Part shown: one piece after another, positions 28,528-38,569 of the stretch
Layout: each line of letters starts with the position of its first letter
Position numbering within the stretch: position 1 is the stretch's first letter
Source: Bacteroidota bacterium
Lineage (GTDB): Bacteria; Bacteroidota; Ignavibacteria; UBA10030
Assembly: GCA_035390885.1 (NCBI GenBank)
Contig: DAOOUW010000005.1
Span: 1,913-65,912, forward strand
Direction: 5' to 3'
DNA: 64,000 nucleotides
The notes under the pieces: model-generated
Databases searched by the model: none
Seen by the model: the letters and a program-made list of their open reading frames with translations, nothing else
What the model was told of the DNA's origin: nothing
Program-made: the position numbers and the translations under genes

Positions 28528-29520
28528 TTAAGGAAGTTGGCGCAGAACGCTCGAACGTAATCCAATTTCTGCGATGAAGCAAAGGAATCCTAATGCTAAC
28601 CAGCTTCCGTAAAGATCTGTGTAACGACGGTACGCTGTTACCTCTATCTTTGAACGTTCTAATTTGTCGATCTCTTGATAAATTGCTTTCAGTGTGCGAT
28701 TATCCGTAGCGCGATAGTATTTTCCTCCAGTGAGCGACGCTACTTCTGTCAAAACTTTTTCATCGATATCGACAGGGACCATCTGACGTCGTATGCCGAA
28801 CGGGGTTTCAACAGGATAGGGAGCTTGACCTTGAGCGCCTACGCCGACTGTATAAATCCGAATGCCATACGTTGCAGCAATTTTAGCAGCGGTAATTGGA
28901 TCGATTTCGCCGCGATTGTTGACGCCATCGGTCAGTAAAATCATTACCTTGCTTTTTGCTTTCGAATCCTTGACGCGATTGACGCCGTTGGCAATTGCAA
29001 GTCCAATTGCTGTCCCATCGGCGATCATTCCATTTTTTACATCCTTGAGTAAATTCTTGAGCACCGGGTAATCGAGCGTCAGGGGACATTGCGTAAAACT
29101 TTCGGCAGAGAAAATAACAAGTCCGATGCGATCATTGGAACGTCCATCAATAAAATCCGATGCAACTTGTTTTGCGGCTTCGAGTCTGTTCGGTGAAAAA
29201 TCTTCTGCCAGCATGCTACCAGAGACGTCGAGAACGAGAACGATATCAATTCCTTCGGTTGTGATATTTTGTTTACTCGAGATTGACTGTGGTCGTGCAA
29301 GCGCAACAATGAAGAAAGCAATTGCAAGCAGCCGAAGCCAGATCGGAAGCCGTGCAAGTCGTTCGCGCCATGTTTTTGGAAGCGGCTTTGTGAGTTGAAG
29401 AGATGGAAAAGGCAATTCAACAAGTTGTTTTCGTTCAGTCTTCCACCAATAGTACCAAAGAGCTGGAATTAAAAGGAGAAGCCACAAAAATTCAGGATTG
29501 GCAAATCGATCACCCAGCAT
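28528..29520 (-). CDS. batA: BatA-like von Willebrand factor A membrane protein
   Basis: 330 aa with two N-terminal TM segments. MIDAS: DIVLVLDVSGSMLAED ... LLTDGVNNRG. C-terminal TM segment. Confidence 0.8.
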   Translation of the reverse strand: MLGDRFANPEFLWLLLLIPALWYYWWKTERKQLVELPFPSLQLTKPLPKTWRERLARLPIWLRLLAIAFFIVALARPQSISSKQNITTEGIDIVLVLDVSGSMLAEDFSPNRLEAAKQVASDFIDGRSNDRIGLVIFSAESFTQCPLTLDYPVLKNLLKDVKNGMIADGTAIGLAIANGVNRVKDSKAKSKVMILLTDGVNNRGEIDPITAAKIAATYGIRIYTVGVGAQGQAPYPVETPFGIRRQMVPVDIDEKVLTEVASLTGGKYYRATDNRTLKAIYQEIDKLERSKIEVTAYRRYTDLYGSWLALGFLCFIAEIGLRSSVLRQLP

Positions 29521-30445
29521 GCACAGCCTCCGGAACTTGTTGTGTTACCTGTTGTTCTTTTGGACTCATCGCCTGTACTATTTCATAGGCGCATTTTATT
29601 TCGCGTTCGTTATCCTCTGGATTCGGAACGAACTTTGCAAACTTCACTAAGTCTGCGGTACGCAAGCACCACTCTAACGAATCCCATACGCGAAGCGCAT
29701 CAGGTATGTGTTTCAGGGAAGTAAGAATTTCATCCGTTGTAAATTCAAGCGCAGGAATTTCCCAGCGCTTTGCAAAGAATGTTCGGAGAATGTCCGTTAC
29801 CTCAGAGTAATATTCTTTTACAAGTCCTTGCTGCCATAATCTTTTTTCTTCGAGTTTGCGTAACGCTGCAAGAGCTTCTTTGTGAGGCGGAATAATTATT
29901 ACAGGAATGTTTTGCTGCTCTTTGCGCTTCTTCTTTTTCTTATAGTAGTACCATCCACCTATTGCCAATCCAATGAGAAGAATGACAATAAGATAGGGAA
30001 GTAAATCTGCAAATTTAATCGGCGCGTTATGAGGCGGTTTTAAATCTTTTATCTCGCCTTGTGGATTGATTGACAATCCTCGAAAATTTAGAAATAACGG
30101 ATCAGTGTTTGCAATATGAGCTGAGGTATCGCTGTGGATGTAATATCGAAAAGGAATGGGAGGAAGAAATACCCGTCCCGAGTCCGTTGTGCTGAGATAA
30201 ATTTTCCATCGCATCTTCTTTAAATTTTGGTCAATATGAAGTACCTCAAAAGAGCCAACGCTATCTGTTAGGATCGGAGCAATCGAATCAATTGGAGCTT
30301 TTGTGCTTGCTTCGATTTTGAGTTCAACGCAATCGCCAATAATGTACGATGTCGAATCAGTGTGAGCTTTCAATTGTACCGATGGCTGTGCGCAGAGAAT
30401 TGATGTGGAAAAAATGAAGAAGATTGTAAGTGAAAGATGTTTCAT
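29510..30445 (-). CDS. Bat-operon membrane protein (DUF4381-like C-terminal half)
   Basis: 311 aa with a signal peptide, a central TM segment (LLPYLIVILLIGLAIGGWYYY) followed by a KKKKKRK stretch, and a helical C-terminus. It sits between the DUF58 and BatA genes, as in Bat operons. Confidence 0.55.
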   Translation of the reverse strand: MKHLSLTIFFIFSTSILCAQPSVQLKAHTDSTSYIIGDCVELKIEASTKAPIDSIAPILTDSVGSFEVLHIDQNLKKMRWKIYLSTTDSGRVFLPPIPFRYYIHSDTSAHIANTDPLFLNFRGLSINPQGEIKDLKPPHNAPIKFADLLPYLIVILLIGLAIGGWYYYKKKKKRKEQQNIPVIIIPPHKEALAALRKLEEKRLWQQGLVKEYYSEVTDILRTFFAKRWEIPALEFTTDEILTSLKHIPDALRVWDSLEWCLRTADLVKFAKFVPNPEDNEREIKCAYEIVQAMSPKEQQVTQQVPEAVHAG

Positions 30446-30451
30446 AGAAAG

Positions 30452-31327
30452 TTACAGTCGTTGCTCGCGTAATCTGAAAAAATCAGCTAACGGTTTAATG
30501 TAAGGTTGATCAACATTGATCAGCACTTCATCGAGTCTGGACTTCAAGAAAAGAGTATGACGTTCTGCCGCTGCACGCTCGCGAAATTTTTGATAGATCA
30601 ATCGAGAGCGCGGATCCATAGTATCGAGGAATCGAAATGCGCCTGTTTCTGCATCCCGTGCTCGAACGATACCAGCGTTTGGTAGAGCTCGTTCTCGTGG
30701 ATCTTGCAAAACAATACCGATGAGGTCATGACGTTTGCCAACGATTCTAAGAGCAGCGTCGTATCCGCTATCAATAAAGTCGGAGATCAGGAAGACAATA
30801 GCGCGTTTCTTCTGCACGTGATTGAGATACTCGAGCGCGGTACCAATATTTGTTGCTGGTTCGGTTGGTTCAAAGGAAAGGAGCTCGCGAATAATGCGCA
30901 ATGTGTGTCCACGACCTTTCCTTGGTGGAACATATTTTTCTATCCGATCGGTAAAGAGCAGAAGTCCAACTTTATCATTGTTCTTCATTGCAGAGAATGC
31001 AAGCACAGCGCTAATTTCTGCTGCAATGTCGCGTTTAAGATTGAGATGTGAACCAAAGAATTGCGAACCGCTCATATCAACCATCAGAATGACTGTCAGC
31101 TCGCGTTCTTCTTCGAATACCTTTACAAAAGGGTGATTGAATCGTGCGGTAACGTTCCAGTCAATCGTGCGAATTTCATCGCCAAACTGATACTCGCGGA
31201 CTTCTGTAAATTCCATTCCTCTGCCTTTGAAGACTGAGTGGTATTCGCCAGAGAAAACCTGATTTACAAGTCCTCGAGTACGAATTTCGAGCTGTCGTAC
31301 TTTTTTTAGGAGTTCTTTTGCTTCCAT
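30452..31327 (-). CDS. DUF58 family protein (MoxR partner, VWA-like)
   Basis: 291 aa. GEYHSVFKGRGMEFTEVREYQFGDEIRTIDWNVTAR is the characteristic DUF58 motif. Confidence 0.85.
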   Translation of the reverse strand: MEAKELLKKVRQLEIRTRGLVNQVFSGEYHSVFKGRGMEFTEVREYQFGDEIRTIDWNVTARFNHPFVKVFEEERELTVILMVDMSGSQFFGSHLNLKRDIAAEISAVLAFSAMKNNDKVGLLLFTDRIEKYVPPRKGRGHTLRIIRELLSFEPTEPATNIGTALEYLNHVQKKRAIVFLISDFIDSGYDAALRIVGKRHDLIGIVLQDPRERALPNAGIVRARDAETGAFRFLDTMDPRSRLIYQKFRERAAAERHTLFLKSRLDEVLINVDQPYIKPLADFFRLREQRL

Positions 31328-31363
31328 ACGCTTCTGCGGTTTTGACGTTGTTGATGCACGCTT

Positions 31364-32347
31364 TTATGGCACTTCGATTGCGTTTAATATTTCCGAAACG
31401 ATAGTCTCAGAAGTAATATCTTCCGCTTCTGCTTCGTATGTTACTGCAATTCGATGCCTGAGAACATCGGGACAGAGGGCGCGAACATCTTCTGGAATAA
31501 CATATCCGCGCCGTTTGATGAATGCATGAGCTTTTGCTGCAAGCGCTAAATTGATCGTTGCACGCGGAGAAGCGCCATAGTTAATGAGCGAGGAAAGTTT
31601 TTCTAACTTATACGCCTTTGGCTCGCGCGTGGCAAACACGATGTCCAGAATGTATCTTTCGATTTTTTCATCGATATACACCTGTTGAACAGCGTTTCGC
31701 GCAGCAAGAATATCTTTTGTATGAATCACGGGCTTTACAGAAATGTCGTTGCCCTGAATGTTCTGACGCATAATAGCAAGTTCTTCTTCCCGCGACGGAT
31801 ATCCGATTTTTACCTTGAGCATAAACCTATCAACCTGCGCTTCAGGAAGTGGATAAGTGCCTTCCTGTTCAATTGGATTTTGCGTTGCAAGCACAAGGAA
31901 CGGCTCTTCGAGCTTATAAGTTTCTTCGCCAATTGTTACCTGTCGTTCCTGCATTGCTTCGAGCAGCGCGCTCTGAACCTTTGCAGGAGCGCGGTTGATT
32001 TCATCGGCAAGGATAAAGTTTGCAAAGATAGGTCCTTTCCGTGTAAAGAATTTTCCATCTTTTTGGTTGTAAATCATTGTTCCAACGAGATCGGCAGGCA
32101 AGAGGTCTGGCGTGAATTGAATTCGCTGAAACTTTGCCTGAATAGCGGAAGCAAGCGTTTTAATTGCGAGCGTTTTCGCAAGTCCTGGAACGCCCTCGAG
32201 CAAAATGTGGCCGTTACAAAGCAAGCCGATGAGGAGTCGTTCTACCATATTTTTTTGACCGACGATGACTTTACTTACTTCAGAAGTGAGCGAGTCGACG
32301 AATGCGCTTTCTTTTTGAATCATTTCATTGATTGATTTAATATCCAC
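31364..32347 (-). CDS. moxR: MoxR-like AAA+ ATPase
   Basis: 327 aa. Walker A-like LLEGVPGLAKT, Walker B FILADEINRAPAKVQSALLEAMQERQVT, and LVLATQNPIEQEGTYPLPEAQVDRF. Confidence 0.9.
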   Translation of the reverse strand: MDIKSINEMIQKESAFVDSLTSEVSKVIVGQKNMVERLLIGLLCNGHILLEGVPGLAKTLAIKTLASAIQAKFQRIQFTPDLLPADLVGTMIYNQKDGKFFTRKGPIFANFILADEINRAPAKVQSALLEAMQERQVTIGEETYKLEEPFLVLATQNPIEQEGTYPLPEAQVDRFMLKVKIGYPSREEELAIMRQNIQGNDISVKPVIHTKDILAARNAVQQVYIDEKIERYILDIVFATREPKAYKLEKLSSLINYGASPRATINLALAAKAHAFIKRRGYVIPEDVRALCPDVLRHRIAVTYEAEAEDITSETIVSEILNAIEVP

Positions 32348-32613
32348 TGATTTCTCCTTATGTAAATTTTGAAACTTACAACCACATTGACTGACGAAGG
32401 TTGAATTCTATCAGTTCCCTGCCTTCAATAAATTTCGAGCCACTCAACAAATTCATTTCGAACTTGCATTGCGGCTCGCATTAAAAGCAATGATAAAGTA
32501 AGAAGAATTCGCTGTTGAATCAATGAAAGGCGAGAAACTTTAATTCCCAACGATGCCGTCAATTTGAGAAATGTGCATTTTGCATTTCACTGAATCCGTT
32601 CTTATATTGAAAC

Positions 32614-32656
32614 AGCCCATAGGCAGAGATTCTTAACTCTGAGTAATGGGCTTTTT
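32614..32656 (+). terminator. Orphan terminator-like hairpin 14 nt upstream of tRNA-Leu
   Basis: AGCCCAT..(inner CAGAG-attcttaa-CTCTG)..ATGGGCT is followed by TTTTT. No plus-strand gene is annotated upstream. Confidence 0.45.
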
Positions 32657-32669
32657 CATCAGAGAAGTT

Positions 32670-32751
32670 GGGCACGTGGCGAAACTGGCAGACGCGCTAG
32701 CCTTAGGAGCTAGTGAGGCAACTCATGGGGGTTCAACTCCCCCCGTGCCCA
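32670..32751 (+). tRNA. tRNA-Leu (anticodon UAG), class II with long variable arm
   Basis: Hand-folded. Acceptor GGGCACG/CGTGCCC; D arm GCG-aaactggcaga-CGC; anticodon arm CTAGC-CTTAGGA-GCTAG; variable arm TGAG-gcaa-CTCA; T arm GGGGG-TTCAACT-CCCCC; discriminator A. No encoded CCA. Confidence 0.9.
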
Positions 32752-32800
32752 CATTGCTTTGAGTAAGATTTTTCTAAACAATTATTGTAAGGAATAAAAC

Positions 32801-34099
32801 GTGGAAGTAGATATAAAAGAACTCTCAACTGTTTCCAATGAAGTCGAAATTACTGCTACGGCTGAAGAACTAAAACCGCACTTCGATAAAGCGTATAATG
32901 ATTATCGGAAGAAGATAGAAATTCGTGGTTTTCGGAAAGGTCATGCCCCTCTTGACCTAATAAAGAAATTGTATGGCGATTTAATTGAACATGATTCACT
33001 AGAAGATATTGCTGGGGAATTCTATCGTCAAACAGTCAAAGAAAAGGAACTTAAGCCCATCGGTGAACCTGAACTTGTGGATATGAACTATGAACCCGGA
33101 AAGGAATTTAAATTCAAAATCCGTTATGACGTTCGTCCAGCTATTACACTTCAAAATTATAAAGGCATTACAATTACAAAACCTGTTCACACAGTAACCG
33201 ATGCTGAAGTTGAGGACGAAATTCTGCACCTACGACGTGAAAAAGCGACAATGGTTCCGGTCGATAAGGTTACTGATCCAGAGCATATTGTTACTGTTGA
33301 TGTTCAAGAACTTGACGAGAGCGGCGCTCCAATTATCGGTAGAAAGGACACGAATATTCGACTATACCTTGCCGATGAACGCCTTTCGCCAGAATACAAA
33401 GAGCATTTGAAAGACGCTGTCGTTGGGGGAGTGTACCCTATTAAGTTTGAACTCAATCGTGATGGACAGCCGTACGTCGAAGTAAATGAATTAACGGTAA
33501 CGAAGATCGAGAAAGTTCAACTTCCAGAGCTTGATGATAAGTTTGCCGAAGAAATTTCCAATGGCGAATTTCATACTGTAGAAGAATTGCGTCAGGATGT
33601 GAAAAAGAAATTAGCAAATTACTGGAAAGAGCAAAGCGAACGGCGTGTAAAGAATGATCTCATTAACGAGTTACTTCGCATTCATGATTTTCAGGCGCCA
33701 GAATCGCTGATTCGTTCAGTACTAAATCAGTTATTAGAAGAAATGAAGAACGAATATCCTGGCAAGAAATTGCCTGATGATTTCGATACAGAAGCATTCT
33801 ATGAACGAAACAGAGCTTATGCAATTGCACAATCGAAATGGGCTCTCCTGCGCGAAGAACTTCTCAAAGCAGAAAATATCACCGTAACCGATGAAGAGCT
33901 TGAGAAATATGCAGTGGTAGACGCTGAACGCATGAAAATTCCAAAAGAACGCATCATTCAATACTATAAGTCATCAGAGCAAATTCTGGATAGGTTTATG
34001 GGAGAAAAGTTGATGAAAACCCTATTAGACTCTGCTGTGATAAAAGAGGTACCAGAAGAGCAGTTAAAACCAGCTATTATTGAAGGAGATAAAAAATAG
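32801..34099 (+). CDS. tig: Trigger factor
   Basis: 432 aa, GTG start. N-terminal ribosome-binding motif [12 protein letters not shown]. Located upstream of clpP-clpX, as in many bacteria. Confidence 0.9.
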   Translation: MEVDIKELSTVSNEVEITATAEELKPHFDKAYNDYRKKIEIRGFRKGHAPLDLIKKLYGDLIEHDSLEDIAGEFYRQTVKEKELKPIGEPELVDMNYEPGKEFKFKIRYDVRPAITLQNYKGITITKPVHTVTDAEVEDEILHLRREKATMVPVDKVTDPEHIVTVDVQELDESGAPIIGRKDTNIRLYLADERLSPEYKEHLKDAVVGGVYPIKFELNRDGQPYVEVNELTVTKIEKVQLPELDDKFAEEISNGEFHTVEELRQDVKKKLANYWKEQSERRVKNDLINELLRIHDFQAPESLIRSVLNQLLEEMKNEYPGKKLPDDFDTEAFYERNRAYAIAQSKWALLREELLKAENITVTDEELEKYAVVDAERMKIPKERIIQYYKSSEQILDRFMGEKLMKTLLDSAVIKEVPEEQLKPAIIEGDKK

Positions 34100-34100
34100 A

Positions 34101-34721
34101 ATGAAAACGCCAATCATTACAGATCAGTTAGTTCCAATCGTTGTTGAACAGACAGGACGAGGCGAACGCTCGTTCGATATTTTTTCGAGACTTTTGAAGG
34201 AACGAATTGTTTTTTTAGGACTTCCGATTGATGATACAATCGCCAGTCTTGTTATTGCACAGCTTTTATTTCTTGAATCCGAGGATCCGGATAAGGATAT
34301 TCACCTTTACATTAACAGTCCTGGTGGAAGTGTGTCTGCCGGACTTGCCATTTATGATACGATGCAGTATATTCGACCAGACGTATCGACCATCTGTATC
34401 GGAATGGCGGCAAGTATGGCGGCTGTTCTCTTAGCAGGCGGCGCAAAAGGAAAACGGACTGCATTGCCGAACTCAAAAATTATGATTCATCAACCTTGGG
34501 GCGGCGTGCAGGGAACAGCTTCGGATATCAGTATTCAAGCGGAAGAAATTTTGAAAACGAAGAAGAAGATCAACGAAATTCTGGCGTCCCATACTGGCAG
34601 ATCGCTCGAACAGATTGAAAAAGATACTGATAGAGATTACTATCTTTCAGCGAGCGAAGCAAAAGAGTATGGATTGATTGATAACGTTTTGATAAAACGA
34701 GCTTCTGAGACAAAGAAATAA
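34101..34721 (+). CDS. clpP: ATP-dependent Clp protease proteolytic subunit
   Basis: The ORF track starts at 34080. ATG 34101 follows AAGGAGA and the tig stop (34097-34099). Motifs: [46 protein letters not shown]. Confidence 0.95.
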   Translation: MKTPIITDQLVPIVVEQTGRGERSFDIFSRLLKERIVFLGLPIDDTIASLVIAQLLFLESEDPDKDIHLYINSPGGSVSAGLAIYDTMQYIRPDVSTICIGMAASMAAVLLAGGAKGKRTALPNSKIMIHQPWGGVQGTASDISIQAEEILKTKKKINEILASHTGRSLEQIEKDTDRDYYLSASEAKEYGLIDNVLIKRASETKK

Positions 34722-34746
34722 TTGACTGAACGACAGGAGAAAAACA

Positions 34747-36006
34747 ATGAGCCAGAGAACGCGTTCATCAGATAAAATTGCATGCTCCTTCTGTGGGCGT
34801 ACGCCTGAAGAAGTCAATAGTATCATCGCCGGACCGGATGTGTACATTTGCGACCTTTGCGTAGCCAGTTCCGTTGAGATTATTAAAAACAATATGGCTG
34901 CGATCAATGCGCGAAAACTTGGCGTGCGGCGTGCTCTAACGCCTGTAGATATTAAGAATGCTCTCGATGAATTTGTGATCGGACAGGAATTTGCAAAGCG
35001 TACGCTGTCTGTGGCAGTCTATAATCACTACAAGCGCATCGAGAACAACGAAATGATGGCGTCGCTCGATGACGTTGAAATTGAAAAGAGCAATATTTTG
35101 CTCATTGGTCCAACAGGCACGGGAAAAACTTTGCTTGCCCAAACGCTCGCGAAAATTCTCGATGTGCCGTTTGCCATCGCCGATGCAACAACATTGACAG
35201 AAGCGGGATATGTTGGCGACGATGTCGAAACGATTCTTGTTTACCTTCTTCAAAACGCCGACTACAACGTCGAGAAAGCTGAGCGTGGTATTGTGTACAT
35301 CGATGAGATCGATAAAATTGCACGCAAGAGCGATAGTGCTTCTATTACACGAGATGTTTCTGGCGAAGGAGTTCAGCAGGCTCTTCTAAAAATTCTGGAA
35401 GGCACCATCGCCGGCGTTCCGCCAAAAGGCGGAAGAAAACATCCAGAGCAAAGTCTTATTAGCATCAACACAAAAAATATATTGTTTATATGCGGTGGAG
35501 CATTCGATGGCTTGGAGCGAATTATTGAACATCGCATCAGTCAAAATCCAATGGGCTTTGGAGCGGATGTACACGGGAAGAAGAATAAGTCGCGTGAAAA
35601 GCTGTTCACGCAGGTTGAACCTGACGATTTGCTGAAGTTTGGTCTTATCCCGGAATTTGTTGGACGTCTTCCAGTCGTTGCCACGCTCGATCCTCTTGAT
35701 GATACAGCGTTGCTCAATATTTTGACACAGCCGCGCAATGCTATTGTTAAGCAATATCAAAAGCTCTTTGCGCTGGAAGGCGTTGAATTGGAATTTGAAG
35801 AAACGGCTCTCAAAATGGTTGTTGATAAAGCAATGGAGCGAGGAACAGGCGCGAGAGCTCTCCGGTCGATTATTGAGTCAGTAATGCTCGATGTAATGTA
35901 CAGCCTCCCTTCGCGTAACAATGTATCGAAGTGCATTATCACGAAAGATACCATTGCCAAAGCGAAGGAACCGATTTTCCTCTACGAGGAACGAAAATCT
36001 GCATAG
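34747..36006 (+). CDS. clpX: ATP-dependent Clp protease ATP-binding subunit ClpX
   Basis: Zinc ribbon [11 protein letters not shown]...YICDLC, Walker [16 protein letters not shown], Walker [10 protein letters not shown]. Confidence 0.95.
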   Translation: MSQRTRSSDKIACSFCGRTPEEVNSIIAGPDVYICDLCVASSVEIIKNNMAAINARKLGVRRALTPVDIKNALDEFVIGQEFAKRTLSVAVYNHYKRIENNEMMASLDDVEIEKSNILLIGPTGTGKTLLAQTLAKILDVPFAIADATTLTEAGYVGDDVETILVYLLQNADYNVEKAERGIVYIDEIDKIARKSDSASITRDVSGEGVQQALLKILEGTIAGVPPKGGRKHPEQSLISINTKNILFICGGAFDGLERIIEHRISQNPMGFGADVHGKKNKSREKLFTQVEPDDLLKFGLIPEFVGRLPVVATLDPLDDTALLNILTQPRNAIVKQYQKLFALEGVELEFEETALKMVVDKAMERGTGARALRSIIESVMLDVMYSLPSRNNVSKCIITKDTIAKAKEPIFLYEERKSA

Positions 36007-36045
36007 CAGTAAATCATTCTTGATTGTATTCTCACGTGAAATGAT

Positions 36046-36071
36046 CAACCCACAGGTTCACCTGTGGGTTG
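36046..36071. repeat. R2 palindromic hairpin, 40 nt after the clpX stop (terminator-like)
   Basis: CAACCCACAGG-ttca-CCTGTGGGTTG forms a perfect 11-bp stem. No U-tract. Confidence 0.7.
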
Positions 36072-36103
36072 TAACTCACAGAAGTATTTGCCTGAACTTT
36101 TAT

Positions 36104-36219
36104 CCCAATTTATGCATTAGAAATCTTTGAAGGTTGTTGCCTCGATACGCCTTACGGTTACTCGGCAACCGATTCCCTCACGATGGCTGAGGTGGATGCC
36201 AATCCGTATCGAAGCCACC
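36104..36219 (-). repeat. R1 intergenic repeat, copy C (reverse orientation)
   Basis: The reverse complement reads GGTGGCttcgatacGGATtggcATCCacctcaGCCATCgtgagggaatcgGTTGCCgagtaaccgtaaggcgtatcgagGCAACaaccttcaaagatttctaatgcataaattggg. Confidence 0.8.
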
Positions 36220-36235
36220 GCAAAGCATCCTGTAA

Positions 36236-36255
36236 CCCACGGGTTCACCCGTGGG
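36236..36255. repeat. R2 palindromic hairpin, 57 nt after the PorQ-like gene stop (terminator-like)
   Basis: CCCACGGG-ttca-CCCGTGGG forms a perfect 8-bp stem. Confidence 0.7.
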
Positions 36256-36311
36256 AAGGACTTGCATGAGAAAAATGGGAGAACAATCTTTTGGATTGTA
36301 AGATGCTTAGC

Positions 36312-37250
36312 CTATCGGAACAATATCCCAACCGTTACGTGGTGCAGCCCGCCAATGCTTCCGTAAGAATTGTAAGCGTAATCGATAACGTAATCTTTGA
36401 TAGTGAGTCCACCGCCAAACGCAAAGCCTGCAAATTCAGTTTTAGAAATCAAGCGAAGGTCTTTCCGTTGTTCATTGTTGTAGCCTGCGCGAAGTCGTAG
36501 CGACTGACTCATATGAAATTCAACTCCAAAGGTGAATGAGTCGAAGCGGTTAAGAAAATTATCGGTAGATTCGTTGAGACTATGGAAAGTGAAATTGATA
36601 TCCGCAGGCAAATGCTCGGGTTGGAGTGTAAGTCCAATAGAAACATCGGTCGGGAGAGACTCGTTTGTGCCGTTGTAATTTGACAGTTGCTTTCCGAGGT
36701 GGAGAACGCTTGCCCCAAGAGTCAAATTCTTCGAAGGAATGGAGTATGTAATGCCGCATCCAGCGGAAAGCGCAGACGAGGAATACTCCGCAATGGATGA
36801 GTGAATGTATTCAATGTTTACACCGGCAGTAAAATTTTCAGCGAATGTTCTTCCTGCTCCAGCGACAATTGCAATGTCTGATGCGCCAAATGTTCCAACA
36901 ACATAATCTGAAGCGTCAGTTCTATCGAATGAACCGTAGTTGAAATAAAGAACCCCAATGCCAACCGTTCCAATTGTTTCAACAGGTCTAGCGTATGTGG
37001 CGCTCCCAGAGTAAATTCCAGCAAGATGCTTGAAGTAGCCAACGGAAAGCTGAGGATAAGGGATGGTAACTAACGATGCAGGATTATAGAAAAGTACGTT
37101 CGGATCACTACTCGTTGTAATGTAACTGCCGTTCAGCGCTGCTGCACGCGCCCCAACATCGGTGCGAAGAAAATCATACACAGCATTTTGTGAGAATGAA
37201 TACGAATAGAATCCTGCTATGCAAAGGAGTAAATACAAAAACTTTTTCAT
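36312..37250 (-). CDS. PorQ/PorV-family outer-membrane beta-barrel protein (T9SS-associated)
   Basis: 312 aa with a signal peptide. N-terminal FLRTDVGARAAALNGSYITTSSDPNVLFYNPASL resembles the PorQ/PorV family signature as I recall it. It shows alternating beta-strand character and an aromatic C-terminus (GILFR). Confidence 0.55.
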   Translation of the reverse strand: MKKFLYLLLCIAGFYSYSFSQNAVYDFLRTDVGARAAALNGSYITTSSDPNVLFYNPASLVTIPYPQLSVGYFKHLAGIYSGSATYARPVETIGTVGIGVLYFNYGSFDRTDASDYVVGTFGASDIAIVAGAGRTFAENFTAGVNIEYIHSSIAEYSSSALSAGCGITYSIPSKNLTLGASVLHLGKQLSNYNGTNESLPTDVSIGLTLQPEHLPADINFTFHSLNESTDNFLNRFDSFTFGVEFHMSQSLRLRAGYNNEQRKDLRLISKTEFAGFAFGGGLTIKDYVIDYAYNSYGSIGGLHHVTVGILFR

Positions 37251-37351
37251 ACAGCTTCAAAATATCGAATATGTTTTTGAAGTGCAATAATTTCTTTGTG
37301 GGAAGGAATGAAATTCAAAAAAAATTGTTACATTAGGAAAAAGGATTACCT

Positions 37352-38440
37352 ATGAAATTGCAACGAGAGATCATTCAACAAGCGCCGAAAGTATTGCTCC
37401 ATGACCACCTTGACGGCGGCGTTCGACCTCAAACAATTATCGAGTTAGCAAAGGATGTCCACTATACAAAACTACCGACCACCGATCCTGGCGAGCTTGC
37501 TGAGTGGTTCCATCGTGGGGCAAAGCGTGGAAGTCTGCCGTTATTCCTCGAAGGATTCGAACATACCTGTGCAGCGCTGCAGACGGAAGAGGCGCTCGAA
37601 CGCGTTGCGTATGAGATGTTAGAAGATATGAAGAAGGACGGCGTTGTCTATGTCGAAACTCGGTTTGCGCCAATTCTCCATACAACAAAAGGACTCGATC
37701 GCCCTAAAGTCGTGATGTCGGTGTTAAAAGGATTAGAACAGGGAAGAAAAGATTTTGGCGTGCAGTATGGAGTAATTCTTTGTGCGATGCGAAATATGGA
37801 ACCTGCTCTATCGCAGGAAATTGCAGAGCTTGCAGTTGATTTTAGACAGCGCGGAGTTGTTGGTTTTGACCTCGCGGGCGAAGAAGGCGGCTATCCGCCG
37901 AAGAAACATATCGATGCGTTTGAATACATTCAGCGTGAAAATTTTAATATTACCATTCACGCCGGCGAAGCGTTTGGAAAAGAATCAATCTGGCAGGCGA
38001 TTCAATGGTGCGGCGCTCATCGTATTGGACATGCAACTCGCTTAATCGAAGATATTAACGTGAAAGAAGGCGAGGTGGTGAGTATGGGAACCCTTGCGCA
38101 ATACGTGCTCGACAAACGCATTCCTCTTGAAATTTGTCTCACGAGTAATGTTCACACCGGCGCAGTGCCAAGCATCGAAGAGCATCCATTCGGAATATAC
38201 TATCAGCAGAAATTCAGAGTAACATTGAACACAGACGACCGACTGATGAGCGATATAACGCTCACCGATGAATACCTCCGAGCTGCAGAAGTCTTTGACC
38301 TGGATCTCGACGATCTCGAAAAAATAACAATCAATGCTATGAAGAGCGCATTTATGCCGTACAATGAACGCATCGCAATTATTTACAATGTGCTGAAACC
38401 TGGTTATGCAAAAGTAAGAGAGGGATTAAATACAGTTTAG
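37352..38440 (+). CDS. add: Adenosine deaminase
   Basis: Motifs: KVLLHDHLDGGVRP, ITIHAGE, RIGHA, VTLNTDDRLMS. Confidence 0.9.
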   Translation: MKLQREIIQQAPKVLLHDHLDGGVRPQTIIELAKDVHYTKLPTTDPGELAEWFHRGAKRGSLPLFLEGFEHTCAALQTEEALERVAYEMLEDMKKDGVVYVETRFAPILHTTKGLDRPKVVMSVLKGLEQGRKDFGVQYGVILCAMRNMEPALSQEIAELAVDFRQRGVVGFDLAGEEGGYPPKKHIDAFEYIQRENFNITIHAGEAFGKESIWQAIQWCGAHRIGHATRLIEDINVKEGEVVSMGTLAQYVLDKRIPLEICLTSNVHTGAVPSIEEHPFGIYYQQKFRVTLNTDDRLMSDITLTDEYLRAAEVFDLDLDDLEKITINAMKSAFMPYNERIAIIYNVLKPGYAKVREGLNTV

Positions 38441-38569
38441 CGCTCGGCGCTTTGTACAAGAATTGAAACAAGGGAAATTCAAATGTATATTTCAATCAAC
38501 AAAAAAAGGGAATAAGACATGCACAACATTTTTGCAGTTATTGTAATGTTATTGATAGGAGGTAATACT

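Noticed and set aside
31685-32335. 216-aa plus-strand ORF antisense to moxR. Similar long antisense ORFs: 6408-6881, 25685-26176, 22682-23089, 42407-42835, 46417-46830, 48402-48827, 11014-11376, 35386-35760.
   Set aside because: Each lies fully inside a well-supported gene on the opposite strand. The translations are low-complexity or Cys/Arg/Phe-rich with no motifs. These are typical antisense shadow ORFs.
37255-37283. 8-bp hairpin CTTCAAAA-tatcgaatatg-TTTTGAAG in the divergent PorQ-like/add promoter region as a riboswitch or terminator
   Set aside because: It sits upstream of both divergent genes with no conserved flanking structure and no gene to terminate. It is probably incidental or a protein-binding palindrome, and there is not enough evidence to call it.
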